Assembly (NCBI GenBank): GCA_964585385.1
Contig: CAZPDP010000002.1
Coordinates: 26,143-90,142, forward strand
DNA from: an uncultured Bacteroidales bacterium
GTDB taxonomy: Bacteria; Bacteroidota; Bacteroidia; Bacteroidales; UBA12077
Length of the DNA: 64,000 bases
Reading direction: 5' to 3'
The notes under the pieces were generated by a model, which saw only the letters and a list, made by a program, of their open reading frames with translations, did no database searches and was not told the origin of the DNA. Below, in pieces: positions 28,221-37,499 of the stretch (its first letter is position 1; each line of letters opens with the position of its first letter). A program made the position numbers and the translations under genes.

Positions 28221-29342
28221 TTATTTGTGTTTTATTTCTACGCGTTTTGTGGGGTCAAGGTTTTTATTTCTTTCATCAACGGACTTTATTAGTTGGTCAG
28301 CCAGTTCTTTAAAAGCTTTTCCAACATGTGATTCTTCATCCAGGGCCGAAGGTTTCCCTTCTTCTCCGCCTTCCATTATGCTTTGCACAATAGGTATCTG
28401 ACCCAGCAGGGGAACGTTTTCCTGTTTGGCGAGTTCCTTACACCCTTCTTTTCCAAAGATATAATATTTATTTTCGGGCAACTCGGCAGGTGTAAACCAG
28501 GCCATATTTTCCACCAGTCCAAGAACCGGAACATTGATCTGATCCGTTGTAAACATACGTATACCTTTAATAGCATCAGCAAGTGCAACTTTCTGGGGTG
28601 TGCTAACAATTACCGCTCCTGTGACCGCTAGTTCCTGTACAAGCGTGAGGTGAATATCACTTGTTCCGGGGGGGAGGTCTATGATCATATAATCCAGCTC
28701 TCCCCATTCACCCTGGTCAATGATTTGTTTTAAAGCATTGGTTGCCATAGGGCCTCTCCAGATAAGAGCATCTTCAGGATTTACAAAAAAGCCGATGGAA
28801 AGCATCTTTACCCCGTACTGCTCAATTGGAGTAATCATTTCTTTACCTGTGACCTCTTTAACATGGGGTCTTTCCCCTTCAACATTAAACATTTTCGGGA
28901 TGGAGGGCCCGAAAATATCGGCATCAATCAGACCTACCCTGGCTCCGGTTTTCGCCAGGCTAGCGGCTGTGTTTGCAGCAATAGTTGATTTTCCTACACC
29001 GCCTTTGCCGGAAGCAATAGCAATAATATTTTTAACTCCCGGGAGCATGGTACTGGAAGCCTCGGATTGGGTTTGTTGTTTTTTTGCCTGGGGAATTTTT
29101 ACATTGATATTGCCCCGAATTTGAACACCCTCTCCCAGTTCATTTTCAATGGCCTGAACACAGGCTTTCTTAATAGATGAGGTAAACGGGTCGTTGGGTT
29201 TTTTAAAAATGAGGCTGAAGCTGATTTTTTTGTCTTCAATGGAAATGTCATCCACCATACCCATGGAAACGATGTCGTTTTCAGTTTCCGGATGTTTGAC
29301 TTTTCGCAGTATATCAAGTACTTGCTTGTTTGAATAACTCAT
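28221..29342 (-). CDS. mrp: Mrp/NBP35 (ApbC) family Fe-S cluster carrier ATPase
   Basis: N-terminal DUF59-like domain, deviant Walker A (ASGKGGVGKST), conserved PPGTSD motif. Confidence 0.9.
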   Translation of the reverse strand: MSYSNKQVLDILRKVKHPETENDIVSMGMVDDISIEDKKISFSLIFKKPNDPFTSSIKKACVQAIENELGEGVQIRGNINVKIPQAKKQQTQSEASSTMLPGVKNIIAIASGKGGVGKSTIAANTAASLAKTGARVGLIDADIFGPSIPKMFNVEGERPHVKEVTGKEMITPIEQYGVKMLSIGFFVNPEDALIWRGPMATNALKQIIDQGEWGELDYMIIDLPPGTSDIHLTLVQELAVTGAVIVSTPQKVALADAIKGIRMFTTDQINVPVLGLVENMAWFTPAELPENKYYIFGKEGCKELAKQENVPLLGQIPIVQSIMEGGEEGKPSALDEESHVGKAFKELADQLIKSVDERNKNLDPTKRVEIKHK

Positions 29343-29416
29343 GGGTCCAACTAATTTTAATTTAATTTAAATAAAACACCAAAATTAATTATAAAATTCT
29401 TAAATCCAATGGGAAA

Positions 29417-29752
29417 TCATCCCCCAGGTTCTTTCATCGGATCCCAGAAAAGACGGTTAAAATCCTGAACTTTATCATTGAGTACTGTTATGCCTTCATT
29501 TTCCAGCAATTCTTTCATAACATCAGGGCCTGAAAAGTGTGCTTTGCCGGTGAGCATGCCGTTTCTGTTAACCACACGGTGTGCGGGGATAAATTCGGGC
29601 TGACTGTGTGAGTTGTTTAATGCCCATCCTACCATCCGGGCCGACCCCGGGGCTCCCAAATATCTGGCAATCGCTCCGTATGAGGTTACACGGCCTTTGG
29701 GAATCAGGCGTGTTACATGGTAAACCTTATCGAAAAAGGAGTCATCATTCAT
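29417..29752 (-). CDS. Alkyltransferase-like (ATL) protein: MGMT DNA-binding domain lacking the acceptor cysteine
   Basis: MGMT-type helix-turn-helix and active-site loop reading IPAHRVV instead of IPCHRVV (GCA codon at 29582-29584, minus strand); 111 aa. Confidence 0.7.
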   Translation of the reverse strand: MNDDSFFDKVYHVTRLIPKGRVTSYGAIARYLGAPGSARMVGWALNNSHSQPEFIPAHRVVNRNGMLTGKAHFSGPDVMKELLENEGITVLNDKVQDFNRLFWDPMKEPGG

Positions 29753-30443
29753 CGGGTTCTTTCAGGGTTTTATTTTTATCCAGCTCGAAAGCCAGGTATT
29801 TTATTTTTTTATTCTGCTCAATGAACTGTTTTTCATAAAACGTTTTTATTTCCTTAACGATTTCAAGCTCCCCATTTGGGCAGCCGTGTACATCTCTGCT
29901 TTTACTGATGATATTCAGATTGTTCGTTTTTACTACTTCTTCTGCATAATCGAACAATTCAGTATTATCGGTTTTAAGATTTACAACCCCGTTCTCCCTT
30001 ATAAATTTTTGATAACGTGTAAGAAACATGGGTGATATAAGTCGTTTCCGTGATTTTTTAGGTTGAGGATCGGGGAAGGTAACCCATATTTCATCGACCT
30101 CATTCTCTGTAAAAAAGGAGGTTATGAAATCAATACGGGTGCGAAGGAATGTTGCATTGTGGATGTTCTCTTCCAGTGCCGTTTTGGCGCCTTTCCACAT
30201 CCGGGCTCCTTTTATGTCGATACCAATAAAGTTCTTTGAGGGGTATTTACGTGCCAGGGCAACAGTATACTCACCTTTTCCACAGCCCAGTTCAAGAACA
30301 ATGGGTTTGTTATTCCCAAAAAAATCAGGCTTCCATTTTCCTTTGAGCGTGTAATCCTTTTTAAATATTTCGTAAAAGCCCGGTTCAATGACGTTTGGGA
30401 AAGTTTTCATTTCCGCGAACCGGTCAAGTTTCCTTTTTGTCAC
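29745..30443 (-). CDS. trmB: tRNA (guanine-N7)-methyltransferase
   Basis: SAM motif (VLELGCGKGEY) and FPDPQPKK motif; 232 aa. Confidence 0.9.
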   Translation of the reverse strand: MTKRKLDRFAEMKTFPNVIEPGFYEIFKKDYTLKGKWKPDFFGNNKPIVLELGCGKGEYTVALARKYPSKNFIGIDIKGARMWKGAKTALEENIHNATFLRTRIDFITSFFTENEVDEIWVTFPDPQPKKSRKRLISPMFLTRYQKFIRENGVVNLKTDNTELFDYAEEVVKTNNLNIISKSRDVHGCPNGELEIVKEIKTFYEKQFIEQNKKIKYLAFELDKNKTLKEPDE

Positions 30444-30928
30444 TTTTCCGGATTTTTTGCTTTTTCAATCTGTAAACCAAAATCTGTTACATGCTTTAAC
30501 TGGTCAGTGCGCATGGCTTGTTGAACTTCCATTGTATAGGTTCCGCTGTCCGGGAATCTGACATATCTTTTATAGGGCATGCTTACTTCATAAATATCAC
30601 CCCATCCGTTTCCGTACCAGCGGCCTTTGTCATCTGCCAGCATGACCTCGAAAGTGTCTCTTAACGCATTGCCTTCCGGAGATGTGGTGTTAACAAATAA
30701 ATACAGGTTTTGATATTTGTATTTAGAAGAATGACGAACGTTGAATAGTACATTGTATGGACTGATGGTGTCATTTAAACTAAAACTGAAATTGAGAACA
30801 TTGGATTTGTCCCAGCTGGCATTTTTTAAATCGTAAGTCTTATTGTAAATTTTGTCAGAGTTACAGCTAACAGAAGATACCAGTAAAATAAGGACAAGTA
30901 GAAAGAAGAAGCTATCTTTTTTTACCAT
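30440..30928 (-). CDS. gldH: Gliding motility lipoprotein GldH
   Basis: Lipoprotein signal (LVLILLVSSVSC) from the internal ATG at 30928; ~160 aa; classic position downstream of the PSP1 gene. The ORF-track N-terminal extension to 31030 overlaps PSP1 and is rejected. Confidence 0.65.
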   Translation of the reverse strand: MVKKDSFFFLLVLILLVSSVSCNSDKIYNKTYDLKNASWDKSNVLNFSFSLNDTISPYNVLFNVRHSSKYKYQNLYLFVNTTSPEGNALRDTFEVMLADDKGRWYGNGWGDIYEVSMPYKRYVRFPDSGTYTMEVQQAMRTDQLKHVTDFGLQIEKAKNPEK

Positions 30929-32156
30929 TGGATTTTCGTTTTTTCTTATTGCTTTTTCGTCTTTTTTTGGATTTTGGCTTTGAGTCGGGTTTGTTTTCAA
31001 ATCGATCCAGGCTATCTTCTCCCACATCATTTTTAAAATCTATATTTTCCAGGGCTTCTGCTCCTGCATCGACTAGTTTTTCAGGTTTTTCGCCTTTTTT
31101 GTTGAGCGAGATGATTTTTTTAACACGTTCAATGCTTACAGGTATAAGGTTTTCAGATGAGTCCGTGCTAAAAGAGTACCAGAGTATTTTTTTGAAGATA
31201 TCGGTTTTTTGGTGGTGAGCAGTGCCCTGTTTTGTTTCGAGCAGAATTTCAGTATTCGGAAAATTTTTCCTGGCATCCAGGTAGTTATCCAGCTCAAAAT
31301 TGAGGCAACATTTCAATTTGCCACATTGTCCAGCCATTTTTTGGGGATTCAGGGAAAGTTCCTGGTATCTTGCGGAATTGGTTGTAACTGAGATGAAATC
31401 GGTTAACCAGGTTGAACAACATAACTCTCTGCCACAAGAACCGATTCCTCCAATTCTTCCCGATTCCTGGCGTGTACCGATTTGTCTCATTTCAATGCGG
31501 ATTTTAAATTCATCCGCCATAATTTTAATGAGTTCCCGGAAATCTACCCTTTCATCTGCGATGTAATAGAATATTGCTTTTGTCTTATCTCCCTGGTATT
31601 CTACATCGCCGATTTTCATGTCAAGGTTTAAATCATGGGCAATTTGCCTCGCTTTGATCATAGTTTTATGTTCCATGGATACCGCTTCACGCCATTTTTC
31701 AATATCGGTTTCCTTGGCTTTACGGTAAATATTCTTAAATTCCCCGTCAATCGGTGAGATATCCTGCTGTTTAAGCTTGTGTAAAACCAACTCACCTGTT
31801 AGCGAAACAATACCTATGTCGTGGCCTGGGGAGGCTTCTACTGCAACGATATCCCCTTCTTTTATTCGCAGGTGGTTAATGTTTCGAAAAAACTCCTTGC
31901 GTGTATTTTTAAAACGAATTTCAACCAAATCGGTTGAAAGGGGTGTCTCGGGAACATCTTTAAGCCAGTTGATAGTATTTAACTTTGAGTAATGCTCCGG
32001 CTTGCAGAAACTGCAGGGCCAATGATCCGGGTATTCCGCAGTGTGGGTATGTTGATTGTATTTTTGTTCTTCTGAATGGTCCATAGTGATTTGATTATTC
32101 ATTCGATTGTAATAGTAACAAACGAATAATTCGTAAACGGTATTTTCATGGTGCAA
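30912..32156 (-). CDS. PSP1 domain protein (RicT/YaaT-like)
   Basis: PSP1 C-terminal Cys-rich region (GRELCCSTWL...GQCGKLKCCLNFE); Lys-rich tail; ORF opens with TTG at 32156, alternative ATGs at 32102 and 32084. Confidence 0.8.
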   Translation of the reverse strand: MHHENTVYELFVCYYYNRMNNQITMDHSEEQKYNQHTHTAEYPDHWPCSFCKPEHYSKLNTINWLKDVPETPLSTDLVEIRFKNTRKEFFRNINHLRIKEGDIVAVEASPGHDIGIVSLTGELVLHKLKQQDISPIDGEFKNIYRKAKETDIEKWREAVSMEHKTMIKARQIAHDLNLDMKIGDVEYQGDKTKAIFYYIADERVDFRELIKIMADEFKIRIEMRQIGTRQESGRIGGIGSCGRELCCSTWLTDFISVTTNSARYQELSLNPQKMAGQCGKLKCCLNFELDNYLDARKNFPNTEILLETKQGTAHHQKTDIFKKILWYSFSTDSSENLIPVSIERVKKIISLNKKGEKPEKLVDAGAEALENIDFKNDVGEDSLDRFENKPDSKPKSKKRRKSNKKKRKSNGKKR

Positions 32157-32168
32157 AATTAATGAAAA

Positions 32169-33293
32169 TTATAATCTTAACAATTTCATTAATTTAATGG
32201 CAAGATCCAGAAGGACTGTTTTTCCGTGTGCATTCATCTGAATATCGCGATAGGCTTTGTTAAATTCGGTATAAATTCGATTTGCGTTCCTTTCATTAAT
32301 AAACTGGGAGAATTTGCCGGAAAATTTTTTTTCTTCATCGGTGAGGTATACAATTTTTTCCATTTGCAAATGCATCATAAAATTTTCCCGTACCATTCGT
32401 GCGGCATACTGGAGGAACATTTTCTGCCTTTCTCTTCCGATACTCCCGGTTTCATCTACCCATGAAAGGATTTCGGGAACCTTCTTAGAGTAGCACAAAC
32501 GCATCAAATCTATAAAGCGGCTGAAATTGATTTGTTCATCCTCGCTTGTCTTTAAATAATTCAATGCGTTCAGGTAACTCCCATTAGCCAGGTGAACAAT
32601 TTCCTGGGCCTTTTTGGTTTCAAGTCCGAAATGATCGCTAAGCGAATTAAACATGCTCTGGTCATCAATTTTAGGTACTTTTATATTTTGGGTTCTGGAG
32701 AGAATGGTAGGTAAAATCAGATCTGAATTTTCCGATACCAAAAGGAATATAGTAAACGGAGGAGGTTCTTCAATCATCTTTAGAAGTTTATTGGCCGCGC
32801 TTTGATGCATTCTTTCAGGAAGCCAGATAATCATCACCTTGTAATCTGCTTCAAATGTTTTGTAATTCAGTTTGCGGATGATATTATTGCTTTCACTGGT
32901 GGGAATAATACCTTGTTTATTTTCCAGTTCAAGCATTTCATACCACTGATTCGGACTGATATAGGGGTTCTCAGTTATACGGGATCTCCATTTTTCCAGG
33001 TAGGTATCGCTTGTTTCAGGCTTGGCTTCTGATGCTTTTTTTACAGGGAATACAAAATGCAAATCGGGATGGATGAGTTTGTTGTATTTTTTACAACTGT
33101 TACATACCCCGCATGAGTCATCTTCCTTCTTGTCCTGGCAATTGATATACTGTGCATAAGCAATGGCCAGCGAAAGTTTTCCTACCCCCTGCGGGCCAAT
33201 AAACAATTGTGCATGACTTATTCGATTGTCTTCAACAGTTTTTATCAGTTGTTTTTTAATGGTTTCCTGACCTATGATTTCTTTGAATTGCAT
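32169..33293 (-). CDS. holB: DNA polymerase III subunit delta'
   Basis: AAA+ clamp-loader motifs (HAQLFIGPQGVGKLSLA), Zn module (CGVCNSCKK), SRTQ sensor region. Confidence 0.85.
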   Translation of the reverse strand: MQFKEIIGQETIKKQLIKTVEDNRISHAQLFIGPQGVGKLSLAIAYAQYINCQDKKEDDSCGVCNSCKKYNKLIHPDLHFVFPVKKASEAKPETSDTYLEKWRSRITENPYISPNQWYEMLELENKQGIIPTSESNNIIRKLNYKTFEADYKVMIIWLPERMHQSAANKLLKMIEEPPPFTIFLLVSENSDLILPTILSRTQNIKVPKIDDQSMFNSLSDHFGLETKKAQEIVHLANGSYLNALNYLKTSEDEQINFSRFIDLMRLCYSKKVPEILSWVDETGSIGRERQKMFLQYAARMVRENFMMHLQMEKIVYLTDEEKKFSGKFSQFINERNANRIYTEFNKAYRDIQMNAHGKTVLLDLAIKLMKLLRL

Positions 33294-33351
33294 TCTTTAT
33301 TCTTGTGGTTTTAAATGTTTTGGATACCTCGCTAAAACTTAAAAATTGTAC

Positions 33352-33359
33352 CAAAGGTA
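33352..33359 (-). promoter_or_regulatory. -7 promoter box (TACCTTTG on the minus strand)
   Basis: CAAAGGTA on the plus strand, 58 nt upstream of the holB start. Confidence 0.45.
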
Positions 33360-33411
33360 AATAAAATAAAAATTTTTATATTTATCTTGAAAAATTAAAA
33401 CCCCAGCTCTC

Positions 33412-35796
33412 ATGTATTCAATTGACAATTATAATTTCAACGGAAAGAAAGTATTGATGCGCGTTGATTTTAATGTTCCTTTAAATGACAAACAGGAAAT
33501 TACCGATGACACAAGAATTGTAACAGCTTTGCCATCTATTCAGAAGATATTGAGCGAAAACGGAGCCTTAATTTTATTAACCCATCTTGGGAGGCCTAAA
33601 GGCAAATACGATGAGAAATTCTCTGTTAAACATATTGTTCCTCATTTGTCAAAACTACTTGAGAGAGAGGTAAAATTTGCAGAAGACTGTGTAGGGGAAA
33701 TAGCCAAAAAAGCTGCTTCTGAATTAAAGCCCGGAGAAGTTTTAATTCTTGAGAACCTCAGGTTTCATCCTGAAGAAAAATCAGCCGATACAGAATTTGC
33801 AGCGCAACTGGCTTCGCTGGGGGATGTATACATTAACAATGCTTTCGGTACAGCACACAGGGCACACGCTTCAACATATACAATTGCTAAGTTTTTTCCA
33901 AAAGATAAGATGCTGGGTTACCTTGTTGAAAGCGAGATTAAACATATAGACAGGGTTTTGAATGAACCTGAACATCCTTTTACAGCTATTATTGGGGGTT
34001 CAAAAATTTCTACGAAAATTCATATTATCAAAGCCCTAATCGAGAAAGTGGATAACCTGATTATTGCAGGTGGTATTGCCTACACTTTCAGCAAAGCTAC
34101 CGGAGGAAAAATCGGAAAATCCATTGTTGAAGATGACTATTTGGATGTAGCCCTTGAGATTATAGAAAAGGCCAAAGAGTACAAAGTAAACCTTTATCTT
34201 CCCATCGATTGTATTATTGCAGATGAATTCAGTAATGACGCTAACATTAAGCATACCGAAACAGATAAAATTCCCGATGGATGGATGGGGTTGGATATTG
34301 GCTACAAATCTGCTAACCAGTTTACCAATGTGATTGAAAATTCTACGAAGATTCTGTGGAACGGGCCCATTGGTGTTTTTGAAATGTCTAATTTCTCGAT
34401 GGGTACCCTGCGGGTCGCTATGGCGGTAGCTTCAGCAAGCGACAAGGGGGCCTTTTCTTTACTCGGCGGCGGAGATAGTATCTCAGCAGTAAATAAGTAT
34501 GGCCTGGCAAACCGAATCAGCTTTGTTTCTACTGCTGGAGGCGCTCTGCTTGAATATCTGGAAGGGAAAGAGTTACCCAGTTTGAAAGCAATAAGAGAAG
34601 AACTTACCATTGACAACTATGATTTTAATGGTAAAAAGGTCCTGATGCGTGTTGATTTTAATGTACCCTTTGATGAAGATTTCAACATTCTGGACAATAC
34701 CCGTATCATTACTGCTTTGCCAACAGTCAGAAAAATTCTGACCGATGGGGGTTCTATCGTCTTTCTCACTCATTTGGGACGTCCCGGGGGAAAGTATGAT
34801 GACAAACTTTCACTCAAGCACCTTGTTCCTTATCTTTCGAAGTTGATTGACAAGGAGATAAAATTTGTAGATGATTGTCTGGGCAGAAGGGCCAAATTGG
34901 CTGCGCAGAATTTGCAGGCCGGGGAAATTTTACTTCTCGAAAACTTGCGCTTCTACAAAGAGGAACTCGAAGGAGATGAGGAATTTGCCAGGCATCTGGC
35001 TGAACTGGGTGATGTTTACGTAAATAATTCATTTGGAACGGCCCACAGAGCGCATGCCTCAACTTATACGATAGCAAAATTCTTTCCGAACAACAAGATG
35101 CTGGGTTACCTGGTGGAAAATGAAATTAACAACATAAACAGGGTGTTAAAGCAGCCCAAGCGGCCCTTCACCGCTATTCTGGGAGGTTCACAGGTTAGTA
35201 CGAAAATAGATATAATCCGGGCATTGCTTGCAAAGGTGGATAATCTTATTATTGCAGGAGGAATTGCTTATACTTTTGTTAAGTCTCTTGGCGGGGATGT
35301 TGGTGATTCCCTTGTTGAGGATGAATCTCTGGATGTAGCCAGAGAAATTTTGGATAGAGCAGAAAAACTGGGAGTGAATTTACTACTGCCTACGGATTGT
35401 GTAATAGCTGATGAATTTAAAAATACGGCTAACATAAAACACAACGATATTAAATCTATAAAGAAAGGATGGCGGGGAATGGATATTGGAATCAAAACCG
35501 CTACAAAATTTGCTGATGTTATTGAAAGTTCTGCTACTATTCTATGGAATGGGCCGATTGGAGTTTTTGAAATGTCCAATTTCTCCGGTGGAACTTTGCG
35601 AATAGCAATGGCAGTCTCAAGAGCAACAGATAAAGGATCATTCTCACTAATCAGTGGAGGCGATTCTATTGCAGCCGTTAATAAATATAACCTGGCACAC
35701 AAGATAAGTTATATTTCCACTGCAGGAGGTGCTTTGCTTGAATTTATCGAAGACAAGCAGCTTCCTTCTCTTAAGGCAATCCGGGAGGAGTTTTAA
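33412..35796 (+). CDS. pgk: Tandem phosphoglycerate kinase fusion: two complete PGK modules in one 794-aa polypeptide
   Basis: Both halves carry the full PGK motif set ([31 protein letters not shown](K/Q)x[22 protein letters not shown]). Module A is codons 1-396, module B codons 397-794. Confidence 0.9.
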   Translation: MYSIDNYNFNGKKVLMRVDFNVPLNDKQEITDDTRIVTALPSIQKILSENGALILLTHLGRPKGKYDEKFSVKHIVPHLSKLLEREVKFAEDCVGEIAKKAASELKPGEVLILENLRFHPEEKSADTEFAAQLASLGDVYINNAFGTAHRAHASTYTIAKFFPKDKMLGYLVESEIKHIDRVLNEPEHPFTAIIGGSKISTKIHIIKALIEKVDNLIIAGGIAYTFSKATGGKIGKSIVEDDYLDVALEIIEKAKEYKVNLYLPIDCIIADEFSNDANIKHTETDKIPDGWMGLDIGYKSANQFTNVIENSTKILWNGPIGVFEMSNFSMGTLRVAMAVASASDKGAFSLLGGGDSISAVNKYGLANRISFVSTAGGALLEYLEGKELPSLKAIREELTIDNYDFNGKKVLMRVDFNVPFDEDFNILDNTRIITALPTVRKILTDGGSIVFLTHLGRPGGKYDDKLSLKHLVPYLSKLIDKEIKFVDDCLGRRAKLAAQNLQAGEILLLENLRFYKEELEGDEEFARHLAELGDVYVNNSFGTAHRAHASTYTIAKFFPNNKMLGYLVENEINNINRVLKQPKRPFTAILGGSQVSTKIDIIRALLAKVDNLIIAGGIAYTFVKSLGGDVGDSLVEDESLDVAREILDRAEKLGVNLLLPTDCVIADEFKNTANIKHNDIKSIKKGWRGMDIGIKTATKFADVIESSATILWNGPIGVFEMSNFSGGTLRIAMAVSRATDKGSFSLISGGDSIAAVNKYNLAHKISYISTAGGALLEFIEDKQLPSLKAIREEF

Positions 35797-36047
35797 ACCA
35801 ATTGAGATCTTTTTTTGTTAGCTGTCGGAGACAGGAATAATTCTTGAACGGCGAAGCCCTCAACGAAGTTAATTATTCGGGTAAAACCTAAGTTGAGTTG
35901 TTTGAACAGCCTGTATCGATTTTTATCGGGATAGTAAAAAAGCGCTTTACTTAGGTATAATTTGGGTAAAAGTTAAATGTTCAGGTTTTCGTTTGAAAAT
36001 GATGAACATCTTTTGTAATTTGAACACAAATTAAAAAAGGATAAATT

Positions 36048-37334
36048 ATGATTGAAAAGTATAACTTACCACTGATACAGAATGCTGATCTGGACGGAAA
36101 AGTAGTTCTTGTACGAGTAGATCACAACGTTGTAAAAAAGGGTGAAATCCATGATCCCTATCGTATTGATGCAACTATTGGTACCCTGTACCACATTAAT
36201 GCCAAAGGAGGGAAAATCATATTGATGACTCATGTTGGCAGGCCCAGAGATAAGAAAACAGGTGAGATTGAAATCAATGATGATGTGTCAGTTCAGCCTA
36301 TTGTGGACTATCTCAAAAATAAACTGCATATTACTCTTAAAGTTCCTGAGTTCCGGGCTCATGGTAAACAGGGTTATCTGGGAATAGAAACCTCTATTAA
36401 TCATCAAATCAGGGAGCTTCGGGAAGGCAAAATAGACGGTATTTATCTTCCAAACACCCGTTGGTTTAACGGAGAAGAGGCCGGTGGTGAAGAAGCCGAT
36501 CGTTTCGCTCATCAATTAGCGGGCCTGGCGGATATCTTTGTGAATGACGCTTTCGGCTCATGGCAGCCCCACGCGTCTACGGTAGGTGTAAACAAATATC
36601 TGCCTTCTTATGCAGGATTCCTGATGCAAAGCGAAATAGACAACCTGGAGAGAATTTACGACCCCAAAAAACCCTTTGTGGCTGTGGTTGCAGGTGCTAA
36701 ATTTGATACAAAAGCTGAACCCCTCTACGCACTTCTGGAAAAAGCTGATTATTTGGTTCTCGGTGGTGTTATCTATAATGCCTATCTTTCTGCAAAATAT
36801 GATATAGAAATCAAGGGAGTTTCAGAAGACGATAAGAAACTGGCTAAAAAATTTATTGATTATGCTGAAAAGTTTGAGAGTAAGCTTGTCGAGCTTCCTT
36901 ATATTGTCGAATCCGACACCCTTGAAGGTAAACTTGAAGGTCAGTACAGAGAACATTACATTCATGACCTGAAGCAAGGAGCAAAACTTAATTATGTCCT
37001 GGACGTTTCGCATAAATCTTTTGAAGAAGACCATGTTCAGGAAGTTTTTCATAGTGCTCAAACCATTTTTGTAAATGCTGTAATGGGCTTTACTCCTCAT
37101 TTTAACGATGGTACAATTGCCCTCGACCAACTAATAGATGATAATATTGATGCTGTCAAACTTTATGGTGGTGGTGATACCATGCAGGAGCTGAAAAGGC
37201 TGCTGCCGGGTCTTTATATTGTGGCGCTCGATCATCCAAAATATTACATTTTTACAGGAGGCGGAGCTGTACTAAAAGCTATTCAGGAAGGAACAACACT
37301 GGGAATTGAACCGGTGAAAGCGTTACAGAAATAG
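36048..37334 (+). CDS. Divergent phosphoglycerate kinase-like paralogue
   Basis: 428 aa with recognisable but altered PGK motifs (RVDHNV, THVGRP, NTRW, AFGSWQPHAS, AGAKFDTK, GGGDT, TGGGA). Confidence 0.75.
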   Translation: MIEKYNLPLIQNADLDGKVVLVRVDHNVVKKGEIHDPYRIDATIGTLYHINAKGGKIILMTHVGRPRDKKTGEIEINDDVSVQPIVDYLKNKLHITLKVPEFRAHGKQGYLGIETSINHQIRELREGKIDGIYLPNTRWFNGEEAGGEEADRFAHQLAGLADIFVNDAFGSWQPHASTVGVNKYLPSYAGFLMQSEIDNLERIYDPKKPFVAVVAGAKFDTKAEPLYALLEKADYLVLGGVIYNAYLSAKYDIEIKGVSEDDKKLAKKFIDYAEKFESKLVELPYIVESDTLEGKLEGQYREHYIHDLKQGAKLNYVLDVSHKSFEEDHVQEVFHSAQTIFVNAVMGFTPHFNDGTIALDQLIDDNIDAVKLYGGGDTMQELKRLLPGLYIVALDHPKYYIFTGGGAVLKAIQEGTTLGIEPVKALQK

Positions 37335-37357
37335 GTAAGTAGAAATAGCAGAATTCT

Positions 37358-37389
37358 AAGGCTGATGATGATTATTGTCAGCCTTTTTT
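37358..37389 (+). terminator. Rho-independent terminator after the PGK-like gene
   Basis: AAGGCTGA / TCAGCCTT stem followed by a T-run, 24 nt after the stop codon. Confidence 0.7.
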
Positions 37390-37474
37390 ATTGGTATTAC
37401 ATATTCTGTTGCATAAGCGACTTTATTTATAACCCTTTCAGAGCTTTTTGAATCAAAATTGGACTGAATTTTAC

Positions 37475-37482
37475 TACCTTTG
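37475..37482 (+). promoter_or_regulatory. -7 promoter box TACCTTTG
   Basis: Exact TAnnTTTG match 17 nt upstream of the ATG at 37500. Confidence 0.5.
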
Positions 37483-37499
37483 AAAAAAAAATAGTGGTT

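Noticed and set aside
28720-29124. 134-aa plus-strand ORF within the mrp gene.
   Set aside because: It is a shadow of the Mrp/NBP35 frame, which carries clear Walker A and other family motifs.
30929-31030. N-terminal extension of the gldH ORF in the six-frame track (196 aa).
   Set aside because: The extension overlaps the PSP1 C-terminus by more than 100 nt and is hydrophilic. The lipoprotein signal peptide begins at the internal Met (ATG at 30928).
35268-35702. 144-aa ORF antisense to PGK module B. Similar antisense ORFs occur at 34302-34616 and 34814-35077.
   Set aside because: It lies entirely inside a strongly supported PGK reading frame, has low-complexity Ser/Ile-rich composition and no promoter box. 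This is a typical shadow ORF.
35797-36047. 251-nt gap between the PGK fusion and the PGK paralogue, inspected for a riboswitch, ncRNA or gene remnant.
   Set aside because: There are stops in all frames, I could not find a convincing conserved-looking helix set or known riboswitch core, and there is only a near-match (TAATTTG) to the -7 box. I cannot support a feature here without covariance or search tools.
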